Positions 1-10,349 of a stretch of DNA of 64,000 nt are shown here, piece after piece (the first letter of the stretch is position 1; each line of letters opens with the position of its first letter). Below the pieces are notes generated by a model. That model was not told the origin of the DNA and searched no databases. It was given only the letters and a program-made list of their open reading frames with translations. A program made the position numbers and the translations under genes. The stretch spans positions 10,061 through 74,060 of the forward strand of contig VMEP01000001.1 of NCBI GenBank assembly GCA_007375595.1, read 5' to 3'. The stretch comes from Parcubacteria group bacterium LiPW_30. GTDB taxonomy: Bacteria; Patescibacteriota; Minisyncoccia; Phycocordibacterales; VMEP01.

Positions 1-1711
1 TCTCCGGGGTCTCCCTGTCGTCCTGCGCGACCACGCAACTGATTATCAATTCGGCGCGCTTCGTGGCGTTCCGTACCAATGACAGCAAGCCCACCTAAAT
101 CACGCACCGCTTCATATGTTTCTTTAGTATGAGGATTCCCTCCGAGCTTAATATCAACTCCACGACCAGCCATGTTTGTTGCAATAACAACATTACCCTT
201 CTTTCCAGCCTGAGCAATAATCTCTCCTTCACGTTCGTGATTTTTTGCGTTCAACACTTCGTGCGGAATACCTTCGTGCTTAAAATACTCCGAAAGAATT
301 TCGTTCTTATCAATAGAAGCCGTGCCAATAAGCACCGGTTGCCCTCTTTGATTTAATTCTTTAACACGCGCCGTAAGTGCCTTCCATTTCCCAGTCTCTG
401 TTTGAAAAATTAAATCATTTCTATCTAGTCGCTTAATATCACGATGTGTAGGAATTGCTATAACTTCAAGTCCATAAACCTTGAAAAATTCTTCTGTACT
501 CGTCATCGCGGTTCCTGTCATACCTGAAAGTTTGCCGTATAGTCTGAAGTAATTTTGGAATGAAACAGAAGCTAGCGTCCTTGATTCACGCTCTATATGC
601 ACCCCTTCTTTTGCCTCAATAGCCTGATGTAGGCCCTCTGACCAACGACGACCTGGCTGAAGACGGCCAGTAAACTCATCAACAATAACAATCGCATTAT
701 CTTTAACCACATACTCCTTATCCTTTTCAAAAAGCGCCTTAGCACGAACGGCCGTCTCTAAATGGTGAACGTACTTAATACCTTTTTCTGTGTATAAATT
801 ATCTATTTTTAAGGTCTTTTCTGCCTTTGTAATGCCGGAATCAGTCATTGCAATAGACTTACTCTTCTCATCGACGGTATAATCCTCATCTTTCTTCATC
901 TGAGAGGCGATACGAGCAAAAGTACGGTATAAATCCTCTGATTCTGCCGCTTGTCCGGAAATAATAAGAGGGGTGCGAGCTTCATCAATTAAAATAGAGT
1001 CGATTTCATCAACAATCGCATAAGCATGCCCCCTTTGAACCAACGTTTCTTTTTCATAAGCAAGATGGTCGCGCAAATAATCAAAACCAAACTCATTATT
1101 TGTTCCGTAAGTTATATCTGCGTGATACGCCTCACGTCTTGTACATGGGCGCAAAAATTCATGAACAACATGAAATGACCCAATCAAATCTCGCTCCGCA
1201 TCTTCATCTTTGTGATTAGGATCATAAATAAAAGATGATTCATGGTTGATGATACCAATAGTTAAACCAAGCGCTGAATAAATTTGTCCCATCCACACAC
1301 CATCACGTCGCGCGAGATAATCATTCACGGTAACAATATGCACACCTTCACCGGTTAATGCGTTTAGATATGCCGGCAATGTTGCAACAAGTGTCTTTCC
1401 TTCTCCTGTTCTCATCTCAGCAATGTTGCCATTATGCAAAACGAGGCCACCGATTATTTGTACATCGTAATGACGTTCACCTAAAGTTCTCTTTGAAGCT
1501 TCACGAACCAAAGCAAAAGCCTCCGGCATAATATCATCGAGCGTCTCCCCTTCTGACAAACGTTTTTTAAACTGTTCTGTTTTTTGACGCATCTCATCAA
1601 AAGAAAGTTTCTCTACTTCTTTTTCAAATTCCGCAATTTTTAAAACAGAAGAATTAAGGGCTTTTACAGCCTTTTCACTCGTCGTTCCTAGTATTTTTTC
1701 CAAGAAAAGCA
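1..1711 (-). CDS. secA: Preprotein translocase ATPase SecA. The 5' portion (about 570 N-terminal codons) is in the window; the 3' end lies beyond position 1. The ORF track does not list it because no stop falls in the window.
   Basis: Reverse-strand translation from the ATG at 1711 reads [22 protein letters not shown]...[59 protein letters not shown], the canonical SecA N-terminal DEAD motor region. The frame stays open to position 1. Confidence 0.9.
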
Positions 1712-1907
1712 TGGTGAGTATTCTAGCATTTAGGCCCTTTGTGGGCTAATTGGCCATGATTATAATAATACCTAAGGATTCAAAGAAATGAGTACAGTTC
1801 TAGGAGCGCAAACAAAAAAGAACGAGATGTACTAAGCCGTACATTGAGTGATTTTTTGTGTAGGGCGACAACGAAATGTGCCATTTCTTTTAATCCTTAT
1901 ACAAAAT

Positions 1908-1944
1908 AACAAAAACCTCTCGCGAGAGAGGTTTTGTTATTTTA
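1908..1944. terminator. Bidirectional intrinsic terminator between secA and murB.
   Basis: Perfect palindrome aacctctcgcgagagaggtt (1914-1933) flanked by A-runs upstream and T-runs downstream (ttttgttatttt). Confidence 0.6.
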
Positions 1945-1965
1945 CAGCACGAGCAATTATGAGCG

Positions 1966-2036
1966 CTTTGCTTTCTTTGCTTTCTTTGCTGGCTTCTTCT
2001 TTGCTGCTGCCTTCTTTTTTTTTGCTGCCATTTTAT
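1966..2036. repeat. CTTT/CTTTG-rich low-complexity microsatellite-like tract.
   Basis: ctttgctttctttgctttctttgctggcttcttctttgctgctgccttcttttttttt read directly from the sequence. Confidence 0.5.
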
Positions 2037-2233
2037 TAAGGTACGATTATTTTTTAAAGTTGCAGAGTCATCGACCATTCAAAAAAATTAAAAAACTTTT
2101 TTGAAACAAAACGACTACTGCAGTACTGGTATCATTATCATATGCAAACAAAACGCATGCAATATTTTTTTAGAGAAAAGTGTGGATAACTTTTCTTTGA
2201 AAAAATATTTTCTTTTTAAAGAAAAAAAATAAA

Positions 2234-3280
2234 TTATTTTTTAAAAAAATTTCCAACAAAACAAACCTCAAATTGAAGCCTTACACCAAAAATTTCAAAA
2301 ACTTTTTCCTGTATTAACGAAGCTAAAGAAAATATTTCATCCGAACTACCACCACTGTAATTAACTAAAACAAGAGCGTGCTTTTCATATATACCAACGC
2401 CACCATGACGTAATCCTTTTTTATTCCCCGCATGTTCAATCAACCAACCTGCAGAAAGTTTTTTTAAATCATTATTATCCGTCGAGAAAACTGGCATATC
2501 AGGATATTTTTCGATTAAATAGTCTGCTTGTTTTTTGTCTACCACAGGATTTTTAAAAAACGAACCAGCTGTCCCGTAAACATTTAAATCTGACAATTTT
2601 AGAGCCCGAACAAGTAAAACGGCGTCGCGTACATCTTTCGCCTTCGCTTCTTCAATGGTGATTCCCCTCTTTAAAAGCTCCTCAGAAATTTCTTTGTGGT
2701 TTATTTGTGTTTGATAATTCTTAGAAAGATTAAATGCAACCTCTGTAATTATTAAATTTTTACCAAAATCTTTTTTAAAAATACTATCTCGATAACCAAA
2801 AACGCATTCATTATTAAAAAATTTTTTATTTTCTTTAGTCTTAATATCAAAAACATCCACCCATTCTATAAACTGTGATATTTCTTTTCCGTAAGCTCCA
2901 ATATTTTGAACAGGAGATGCTCCCACTGTCCCTGGAATACCTGAGAGCAACTCCAAGCCAAAAAAATTATTTTTGATTAAATAATTTACAAAACCATCCC
3001 ATGATTCTCCAGCCGAAGCTTTCGCTATTATTTTTCCATCTTTCTCTTCAATTGAAATACCGCGTAAAGAAATTTTTATTACCAAACCAAAAAATCCATC
3101 GTCAGAAATTAAAACATTAGATCCACCTCCTAAAATATAAATTGGTAATTTATTTTTTTCAGAAAAAGAAATAGCCTCTTTAATATCATCTATTGATTCT
3201 GCTTCGCAAAAATAACGAGCCGTACCTCCAATACGAAAAGTTGTTAAGTCTTTAAGTAAAATATTTTCTTCTATTTTCAT
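2234..3280 (-). CDS. murB: UDP-N-acetylenolpyruvoylglucosamine reductase MurB.
   Basis: MKIEENILLKDLTTFRIGGTARYF...ILGGGSNVL...GLELLSGIPGTVGASPVQNIGAYG, typical FAD-binding MurB motifs. The ORF-track start (3319) runs into a GC-rich structured region encoding an implausible MGAGLAPCG; the start is more likely the ATG at 3280 (MKIEEN) or 3292. Confidence 0.85.
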   Translation of the reverse strand: MKIEENILLKDLTTFRIGGTARYFCEAESIDDIKEAISFSEKNKLPIYILGGGSNVLISDDGFFGLVIKISLRGISIEEKDGKIIAKASAGESWDGFVNYLIKNNFFGLELLSGIPGTVGASPVQNIGAYGKEISQFIEWVDVFDIKTKENKKFFNNECVFGYRDSIFKKDFGKNLIITEVAFNLSKNYQTQINHKEISEELLKRGITIEEAKAKDVRDAVLLVRALKLSDLNVYGTAGSFFKNPVVDKKQADYLIEKYPDMPVFSTDNNDLKKLSAGWLIEHAGNKKGLRHGGVGIYEKHALVLVNYSGGSSDEIFSLASLIQEKVFEIFGVRLQFEVCFVGNFFKK

Positions 3281-3289
3281 AAAAGGTAT

Positions 3290-3990
3290 CATACCGCAGG
3301 GGGCAAGCCCTGCACCCAAAGCGTGTTCGCTTCGCTCACGCTTTGGCGCGGCAAGTCGCGCGGTATTTTAATCCCTTATATTGCTCTCCTCGGCTCGGAA
3401 ATGAGAAAGATTACTTTCTCATTTCACTCGCTCTACGTCGGCAATAAAAAAATTACCCGCAATCTTGGCTGGTAAGTGTTGGCTCCAAAAACAAATGTCT
3501 TATATGAGTGCGTTCACCAGCCAAGGTTACGGGCAACATAAAATAAGTATAGCAGTGGTTTTTATCTTTGTCTTTAAAATGTTTTTTGCACACACTACTA
3601 AAATACACGCGTAAAATTCTGCTGAATTTTCGCTCTGCTCGATTCGTCAATCTGCGCAAGGTATTTTAGTAGTGTGTGCGAGAAGCGGAAATACTTAAAT
3701 GTGCATCTAATTTATCTCTCTAAAGGGTGGGGTGGCAACGCAAACTCACAAGTCAATCCGAATACGGACTGCTCGCGAGCCCACCTCGCCTCCCAGCAAG
3801 AGAAGCCTTGCTGGGGCCCGGCTCCGGTTGTTTTGCGATTCTGCTCTTTCGTAACCAATGCTCCGCATTGGTAAACGAGCAGAAACGCAAAACCCCGCCG
3901 AGGCGGGGGCTTACGCAGACATTCGTGCTTTTAAGAACTAACACAAAAGCACTCATACGAAGATACTATCAGAAATAACTTAAAAAGTCA
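3290..3990. ncRNA. GC-rich (about 50%), hairpin-dense 700-nt non-coding island. Candidate large structured ncRNA and/or cluster of palindromic (MITE-like) elements; class not identified.
   Basis: No credible ORF (only 66-83 aa overlapping frames). Many perfect stems: gcaggg-ggcaag-ccctgc (3296-3313); ccaaagcgtg/cacgctttgg (about 3317-3347); a 12-bp perfect hairpin gaaatgagaaag-atta-ctttctcatttc (about 3400-3427); a 19-20 bp imperfect stem acccgcaatcttggctggtaa/ttcaccagccaaggttacggg (about 3453-3530); a 19-bp perfect inverted repeat gcacacactactaaaatac...gtattttagtagtgtgtgc (about 3577-3690) with a nested hairpin; ccccgcc-ga-ggcgggg at about 3891-3908. Confidence 0.35.
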
Positions 3991-3995
3991 AGTTT

Positions 3996-6365
3996 TTATG
4001 GGTTTCTTCCGGCTTTAATTTCTCTAATATAGTATTCTCCTTGATCTTTAAATTGTGGATTTATCTCAATTATTCTCTCTAGTAGACCGACAGCCTTGAG
4101 CCTATCTCCTATTTGAAGATAAGCTGCTGCAAGGGTTAGAAGGGTCTGTGGATCATTTGGATTGCTATTCAATTTTCTTTCTAGAAGAGAAGCTAATTTG
4201 CCGTAATTACCTGTTGTCGCATAAGCATTAATAAGTCGATTGTCTAAATTGTTATCACCCAAAAGTACCTCTGCTTCATCTACTTTTCCACCATAAATTA
4301 AAGATATCGCATATATAACCCTAGCTTCATTGTATGTCTGATCGCCGTCATAAGCTTTCTTCAAAACTTCAATTGCTTTATCAAACTCTTTTCTGTTTAT
4401 GTAAGCTGTCCCAAGTTCAAATAAAACTTGTTGTTTTTGAGGGGAAAGAGTTTGCGCTTTTTCTAGATACGTCACCGCTTCACTAAACTGAGAATAATTA
4501 TTTAACAAACCACCTAAGAATAACGGATAACGTACATCAAGGGGACTTTCTTCGGACTGCTTAATCATTTCGTTACGAGCTAGATTAACAAATTTTTGTT
4601 TTACTTCTACTGGAACGTTTGCTTGATTAATTTTAAGTGACACTTGTATTAATTGTTCTCGCGCTTCCCCACTTCCGAAAGTGTTGTAAGCAAAAGTCTT
4701 TTCAAAATATTCGAGGTTCTTATTAAAACCGCCTTCTACTTCTGAGTGCGGGGAAATTGCCTGTATCAAAGACATCGACGCAGAAATTGGTTTAATGTTA
4801 GCGAAGTACATAACGAGCACAAACCCAATAAACACGGACGGAACAAAAACATAACTAAGTAAGCTCTCTTCATTTTTTTTGTTTGGAGTAATTTGCTTGT
4901 TTTGAGAATTAAATTCATCTTCCCCAAATACCATCACGTTAATAAAACCAATTAACGAAAAGAATAGTATATAACTCACAAGATTATCAAAAACAAAAAG
5001 ATTGTGAAAAAAATATGCGCCAAACAAACCAGTTAAAATACTTTTCTCTGTAACAGTGAGTGACGAAGTAAGTCTCCACAAAGAGTAGAGAGCCGTAGCA
5101 AACATAGAGAGATACGCGAGAAGACCAAGAAAACCCGCGGCTATCAACCAGTCAAAGAAAACATTATGTGATCGATCAAACCATGGTTCCTGACTCCACA
5201 TTTTAGGATTGTAGTGTTTTGCAAATACGGCGATAAAGTTATCCTGTCCCCAGCCCAACAATGGGTTTTCTTTAACTCCCTGCCAGCTCATATTCCAAAT
5301 CATAGCGCGCGATTTAACTGTTTGTTCGGTAAACGAAATAGTTGAAAACCTGCTCAATACTGGACTATCAATAACGACTTGGGAATCTTTGAGTGCGACA
5401 AAAAGTCCAACAAAAAGCACAATTGTGGCGATTACCCCAACCGCAATATTTTTAACAAATCTGTTTTCGCGATTAAACCAAGCAATTAATAAAGCGGACA
5501 AGGCTGCGCCAGCGATGAGTCCTAAAATAGCCCCACGAGTTGCTGTGTAATAAAGAGCAATTAAATCAAGGACGAAGATGAAACAATAGAGCCCGCGATG
5601 AATTAAAACATTTTCATTTTTCACAAAATACAAATATCCAATTGTTGGTAGGCCAATCATGGAAAGCCCGAGGAGTAATTTTCCATAAAAACCTAAGGAT
5701 GCCGTATCACTTGCGACAATGTTTAAACCAAAAATTGCAAACAAAATAAGCCCGATTACCCATGAGTAAAAAATATCAAAGGAACCCTTTCCTTTATTTC
5801 TTACAAACCAAAAAACCATCAAGAAAATATTTATAAGAAGGAAAACAGCAAAATAAGTGGCGTTGCCTAAGGTTGCATCAGCACGAACACTCCCCTGGTT
5901 TATTGTTAACTCGCCGTGCACTTGCATCACTGAATAAAGGGTAAGGAAAAAATTTACTCCGAACAAAACGTGAAAAAATTTACTCCACAATTTTTCTGTC
6001 ACAACAACAGTCGTCACTACAAAGAAATATGCCACAACATGAAGAAGAGAAATTAACCCTTCCATTCTTTCGTAGTTTGACCAAAAACTGCGATAAGGAT
6101 TTATTCCAAAAATATCAGCAATGGCTACAATCCCAAGAAAAGAACCAACCGCAATCGTTATCCAGTTCTTTTTAGGACGATAGGAGGCATCGTAATAAGA
6201 GAGTAAAAGCCAAGCAGCAAAAATGATTTCAACAATAATACGGAATGTGAAATTTTTCCCTGTTATAAACGGGAAAAATAATGGCGTTGAAATTATAAGC
6301 GGAATAAAAGGAACTAGAAAAATACCGCTAATGATAAGACCTCTTAGAAAATTTTTTGTTAACAT
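3996..6365 (-). CDS. Polytopic membrane protein of the O-antigen ligase/polymerase (Wzy_C-like) type with a C-terminal TPR-repeat domain.
   Basis: 789 aa. The N-terminal two thirds hold about 10-12 hydrophobic helices (e.g. WQGVKENPLLGWGQDNF, a loop typical of Wzy_C). The C-terminal third is TPR-like (AYLQIGDRLKAVGLLERIIEINP, YINRKEFDKAIEVLKKA). This fusion is common in small-genome bacteria. Confidence 0.6.
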   Translation of the reverse strand: MLTKNFLRGLIISGIFLVPFIPLIISTPLFFPFITGKNFTFRIIVEIIFAAWLLLSYYDASYRPKKNWITIAVGSFLGIVAIADIFGINPYRSFWSNYERMEGLISLLHVVAYFFVVTTVVVTEKLWSKFFHVLFGVNFFLTLYSVMQVHGELTINQGSVRADATLGNATYFAVFLLINIFLMVFWFVRNKGKGSFDIFYSWVIGLILFAIFGLNIVASDTASLGFYGKLLLGLSMIGLPTIGYLYFVKNENVLIHRGLYCFIFVLDLIALYYTATRGAILGLIAGAALSALLIAWFNRENRFVKNIAVGVIATIVLFVGLFVALKDSQVVIDSPVLSRFSTISFTEQTVKSRAMIWNMSWQGVKENPLLGWGQDNFIAVFAKHYNPKMWSQEPWFDRSHNVFFDWLIAAGFLGLLAYLSMFATALYSLWRLTSSLTVTEKSILTGLFGAYFFHNLFVFDNLVSYILFFSLIGFINVMVFGEDEFNSQNKQITPNKKNEESLLSYVFVPSVFIGFVLVMYFANIKPISASMSLIQAISPHSEVEGGFNKNLEYFEKTFAYNTFGSGEAREQLIQVSLKINQANVPVEVKQKFVNLARNEMIKQSEESPLDVRYPLFLGGLLNNYSQFSEAVTYLEKAQTLSPQKQQVLFELGTAYINRKEFDKAIEVLKKAYDGDQTYNEARVIYAISLIYGGKVDEAEVLLGDNNLDNRLINAYATTGNYGKLASLLERKLNSNPNDPQTLLTLAAAYLQIGDRLKAVGLLERIIEINPQFKDQGEYYIREIKAGRNP

Positions 6366-6449
6366 GAATTATTTTAAATTATTAATCTGCCTCCTAATTT
6401 ATTCGTTAGATTTTAGCATAATTTTAAACTTTCCCCCCAAAAAGTCGTT

Positions 6450-9400
6450 TTATGGAGCAACGCCATATACCCAATTCAAAACACCATATCTTTGGTGTGG
6501 AGGAGTTGCTGACGTTCCAATGAAAAAATTATTAAAGGCTATTCTTTCTGTAATATTTACCGAACCGCCATTTATAAGTGGATTTTCGTAAATAACAGCA
6601 AAATAATTTTCGCCAGAAACGAAGTTGGTTGGATTTATATTAAACAACTGCCCATATTCAGAATTTGTTCCCATGTCCAACCCATAAATACTAGTTGAAC
6701 TACCAACTACCCCACGATACAAGCCGGCAACCTTATATCCGGTTAGAGAATCTGTCAAAAAGCGACAGTTATAATAAGATGAACCAGAAAGCGCGGGAGT
6801 ATAGTATTCATTCTCCAAAAAACTCGAGGTATAAGAATCACAGTAAAAACCAACACGCCCCATACTTATGCTATTTCGCGCTTTTGGTGTTCCATTAATA
6901 GCATTTCCATCTTTGTCGTGTCCGGTCAAATAAGACCCATCGTTTTGTCCCCAATTATTTTTATCACTTCCAATAGTGTCAGAAGGTTTTCTTTCCATCG
7001 TTTTGTAATCAGGAGAAGATCCACCACCACACCAACCACCGCATTCTGATAAAATTGGTGTTTGGTCGACAGTTGAAGTTGACACGCCACCACCAAAAAT
7101 TAAACTCAAAACTTCGCCGTCGTTTGAAAGACCGGCGCCACCACTTAACCCACTAAAAGGAACAGCTAAATCAACTACAACATCTGAAAATATATCTCCA
7201 GAAGCGCCACGTCCAATCAAAAAATATCCATTGGGTGGAATGGTACCAGAAAGCGGAATATGCGGAGTGCCGTCTTCGGCGGATATATAAAGTCCTGATA
7301 AATTAAGTGAGTAGATAGTTCTATTTTTTAGTTCAATCCATTCAGCATAAGGTGAAGCTATATTCCCTGCCCACGCAACTTCGTTGATAATTATCGGCAT
7401 ATGACTTGCCGTGAAGTAAGTTGTATTGCCACTGGTTGAAAGATCACTGTTTCCAAAAATACTAACAGCAACAACTTTCAAGTCATATGGCCCTTCTGTG
7501 GTTGGAACAACAACAGAAGTCTCACTTGTTGTTGCAATAGTTGAAAACCCTGTCAAATTTGTTCCTTTAATTATTTCAAAATAACTGTAATTGGGTGTAT
7601 TAACTGACCAAGAAATGGTAGCTTGCCCAGCTGGAATAAAACACGACTGCGGTGGTGACTGCAAAGAATAAGCACACTCAGCAACACTCACTCCTGTTGC
7701 TCTAGGCTGTACCGTGTAAACATTAAAAACGGCGTCGCTTGAATCGGAGATGTTGTTGTTTTGATCAACAACAAAAAATTTTATTGTTGTTGTCCCTTCC
7801 GGTAAATCAGAAAATGGAATTGACCACACAGTGGAGGAAGCTATCACCGTGGTCACGCTATTAAAATTATTCGTTACCGTAAATCCTGGTGTTGCAGTCC
7901 CGGAAAAAGTAACAGACTTTTCCCGAAGCTGTAGTGGAAAGGTGTGTGAAGTAATCGCGGGTGGCGAGACGACAGGAATATCAACCGTTAATGTAACTTC
8001 TTGTTGACCAATATTTTCATTACCCAAAACTCTCGCAAAAAATTGTATCGTGCTCGCCCCTTGTGGAAAGAGAGATACAGAGAATGACCAATTCCCTTCT
8101 CCTGAAGAGGTCGTGGTAGCTTGCGAAAAAGAATTTGAGATAACTGCGCCAGGAGTCGAGGTGCCAGAGAATATTATCGTTGTCGTTGCGAACGTTTGAG
8201 AAAAATCAACTGGTGATGTTACGGAAATTAAAACTTGTTCTGGTTCGCTTGAGACATCGGCGACATTAAGCGTCTCCTCAACAGAAGATGTTTGTGTTTG
8301 TTCTTGTGTTTGTGTTACAGCGGGCGCACTACCGCCACCAAACCCAGGAGAAAAACCACTACCAAAATTTATCTTTGGTTCTGAAATATTATTTACAGCT
8401 GGCTCTGGTGCGGTTGTTTCTTTCGCAATTATTGTATTTACTACTGATTCTGTTGGGTTACCCTCATTCTGCGCTTCGCCTTGAGACACCACTTCCGTTT
8501 GTTGAATCGTTTGATTTGATTCGGCAATTACAACAGGAGTATTTTGATTAGTAGTTTTTATTTGTGTTTGTGTTTGTCCGTTTGTACTACTATTTTCTGT
8601 AGCTAAAACTACTGCCGCGCCACTATTTGAGTTACTAAAAGCAAAATTGGTAACAACCTGTATACCAGACCCAATAGCCGAAGCAATATTTTTTGTCGCG
8701 CCATAAACACCGCTCGCTACCGCAAGCGTCCCGTCTAATGTAGTTTCCGCTACTGGATCGACAACGGCAAAAATCGCACCCTCGACCTTATGCGCGGTAG
8801 TAAGTTTCGGTGGCGCAATACAAGGTAAATTTTCACTATTATTAGCCTTCAAATTATCGAGTGATCCTTTAATATCGGAAACAATTTGATTGGCGCGATA
8901 TTTTATATAAACATCTGAAAAATTATGTCCAAGTTTATCATCCCCTTCTTTTAATTCGATGTTCGTGTTTGCTGGCATAATTTTCCTAAACGGCACGCTA
9001 GCGACAAAATCAGAAATAACTTTATCGGTACTTGAGGTAAGCCACTTTCCACCGCCCGCAACGCGACTAGCTGGAGTGGCAACGGAATAAACAGCAATAG
9101 AGTTTGCAGAAGCATTTTCTTGATTCCCGTAAACTTTGTCGTGAAAACTGTTAGCGTAAAAATTGCCCTGTGAATGGGCAACGAGGAGCACTTTTTTAGT
9201 TTTAACTTTTTCACTGGCCGATTGAAGCATTTCAACCAGATCGTAATCTTCTACTGTTTCTTCATCAAAAACTTTTTGATATAGAGCCTTTAACCCATCA
9301 CCAATGCCAGCGAGGTGGGAGGGATTGTGAAGATAATCTACGATTAGCGGTTCATTGTTGTGAGTTGCCCGCAATCTACTTTTTAATCTATCTTTATTCT

Positions 9401-9563
9401 TGATAGCATCGATCTCATCAGTAAATACTCCATTTATAGCAAATACACTGTACCCTTCTGACAAGCACTTATCAGCACCTTGGGCGTAACCAAAAAATGG
9501 AAAAAGGAATATCGCTATCGTAAATATAAATAATTTATATTCCAATAAGATGTATTTCTTCAT
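6450..9563 (-). CDS. Large secreted multidomain protein: signal peptide, alpha/beta-hydrolase (lipase/esterase-like, AHSQGN nucleophile elbow), S/T/Q-rich linker, two Ig-like repeats, C-terminal lamin-tail domain (LTD).
   Basis: N-terminus MKKYILLEYKLFIFTIAIFLFPFFGYAQG; VLLVAHSQGNFYAN; about 200 aa of T/S/Q/N low complexity; repeated FSGT(A/S)TPG Ig-like units; LTD signature IINEVAWAGNIASPYAEWIELKNRTIYSLNLSGLYISAEDG...PPNGYFLIG. Confidence 0.6.
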   Translation of the reverse strand: MKKYILLEYKLFIFTIAIFLFPFFGYAQGADKCLSEGYSVFAINGVFTDEIDAIKNKDRLKSRLRATHNNEPLIVDYLHNPSHLAGIGDGLKALYQKVFDEETVEDYDLVEMLQSASEKVKTKKVLLVAHSQGNFYANSFHDKVYGNQENASANSIAVYSVATPASRVAGGGKWLTSSTDKVISDFVASVPFRKIMPANTNIELKEGDDKLGHNFSDVYIKYRANQIVSDIKGSLDNLKANNSENLPCIAPPKLTTAHKVEGAIFAVVDPVAETTLDGTLAVASGVYGATKNIASAIGSGIQVVTNFAFSNSNSGAAVVLATENSSTNGQTQTQIKTTNQNTPVVIAESNQTIQQTEVVSQGEAQNEGNPTESVVNTIIAKETTAPEPAVNNISEPKINFGSGFSPGFGGGSAPAVTQTQEQTQTSSVEETLNVADVSSEPEQVLISVTSPVDFSQTFATTTIIFSGTSTPGAVISNSFSQATTTSSGEGNWSFSVSLFPQGASTIQFFARVLGNENIGQQEVTLTVDIPVVSPPAITSHTFPLQLREKSVTFSGTATPGFTVTNNFNSVTTVIASSTVWSIPFSDLPEGTTTIKFFVVDQNNNISDSSDAVFNVYTVQPRATGVSVAECAYSLQSPPQSCFIPAGQATISWSVNTPNYSYFEIIKGTNLTGFSTIATTSETSVVVPTTEGPYDLKVVAVSIFGNSDLSTSGNTTYFTASHMPIIINEVAWAGNIASPYAEWIELKNRTIYSLNLSGLYISAEDGTPHIPLSGTIPPNGYFLIGRGASGDIFSDVVVDLAVPFSGLSGGAGLSNDGEVLSLIFGGGVSTSTVDQTPILSECGGWCGGGSSPDYKTMERKPSDTIGSDKNNWGQNDGSYLTGHDKDGNAINGTPKARNSISMGRVGFYCDSYTSSFLENEYYTPALSGSSYYNCRFLTDSLTGYKVAGLYRGVVGSSTSIYGLDMGTNSEYGQLFNINPTNFVSGENYFAVIYENPLINGGSVNITERIAFNNFFIGTSATPPHQRYGVLNWVYGVAP

Positions 9564-9567
9564 TCTT

Positions 9568-10215
9568 TTAGTTAGACAGTTGTGAATAATCTATATCGCA
9601 CTCCTCATCTTTTACTGAATTAGCAAAGTTTCCAATATTTTTATAAAAATCTTTTCGTGCCTTTTCCCGAGTATCGGTATTAAATTGCCTATCTTCAATA
9701 AAATCAATAAATGTATCTATTTTTTCAACATCTGTATTACTTCTGTCAGATTCAGGGGTTTCCCTTGGCACAAGACTATCAGCAATACAAAAACCTGCCC
9801 TACTCTGTTCCCCAATCACTTTGTCTACTACGGTTGTATTAACTATTGACTGCGTAACCCCCATTTGCAAAGCGAGTGCATACTGCAAAAGAGCTGCCCT
9901 TGTTTTAGCCGAGTTTGGATATTCTTTAAAAATTGCGAGTTCTACGTCATCGCGAATTCCATTTGTGTTAGCATCAATTCCCACAACCGTCTTATCAGCT
10001 TCCGCCCCTGGGTCGGGTGGCAAGTTTCTACCAAAAACATCATCTAGTGTAAGTTTGGTTGAATGTATTTTTTCAACCTGTTTATTTGTTTTCTCTAAAT
10101 TCCAAAAATGAAAAGCTCGATAAATTACCAATGCAACATAAATAATAAAAATAACGGCGAGCGCCCGTAATAAAATCTTCTTCCACCCCCAAGTTAAAAT
10201 GGACATATTCCCCAA
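9568..10215 (-). CDS. Hypothetical membrane-anchored protein (single N-terminal TM). Its start is 4 nt from the stop of the large LTD protein gene, so they are probably co-transcribed.
   Basis: 215 aa; N-terminal hydrophobic helix ILLRALAVIFIIYVALVIYRAF followed by a hydrophilic acidic domain; no recognisable family. Confidence 0.45.
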   Translation of the reverse strand: MGNMSILTWGWKKILLRALAVIFIIYVALVIYRAFHFWNLEKTNKQVEKIHSTKLTLDDVFGRNLPPDPGAEADKTVVGIDANTNGIRDDVELAIFKEYPNSAKTRAALLQYALALQMGVTQSIVNTTVVDKVIGEQSRAGFCIADSLVPRETPESDRSNTDVEKIDTFIDFIEDRQFNTDTREKARKDFYKNIGNFANSVKDEECDIDYSQLSN

Positions 10216-10294
10216 ATTTTAACAAACACTGCTCAAACTTTCCCCTCTTCCACAGCAAATCTGTGGATAACTCCCTTCTTATCATTTTCCCCTG

Positions 10295-10332
10295 CCCACC
10301 TATAATTACGCGGTCGCGTAATTATAGGTGGG
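10295..10332. promoter_or_regulatory. 38-bp palindrome (18-bp arms, 2-nt spacer): candidate operator, copy 1. It lies upstream of the membrane-protein/LTD operon and downstream of the regulator gene.
   Basis: cccacctataattacgcg-gt-cgcgtaattataggtggg, a perfect inverted repeat containing a TATAAT-like core. Confidence 0.55.
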
Positions 10333-10349
10333 CTAGAAAATTAAATTAT

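Noticed and set aside
2234-3319. ORF-track start of murB at 3319 (MGAGLAPCGM...).
   Set aside because: The first 13-40 codons lie in the GC-rich stem-loop region and are not MurB-like; MKIEENILL at 3280 matches typical MurB N-termini.
3674-3978. ORFs of 66-83 aa inside the GC-rich structured island. I considered a tmRNA tag reading frame starting GCAAAC.
   Set aside because: The frames are long and not tag-like (no ...LAA-type ending). No tRNA-like T-arm was found on either strand. The ORFs overlap each other on both strands, as expected for chance ORFs in GC-rich DNA.
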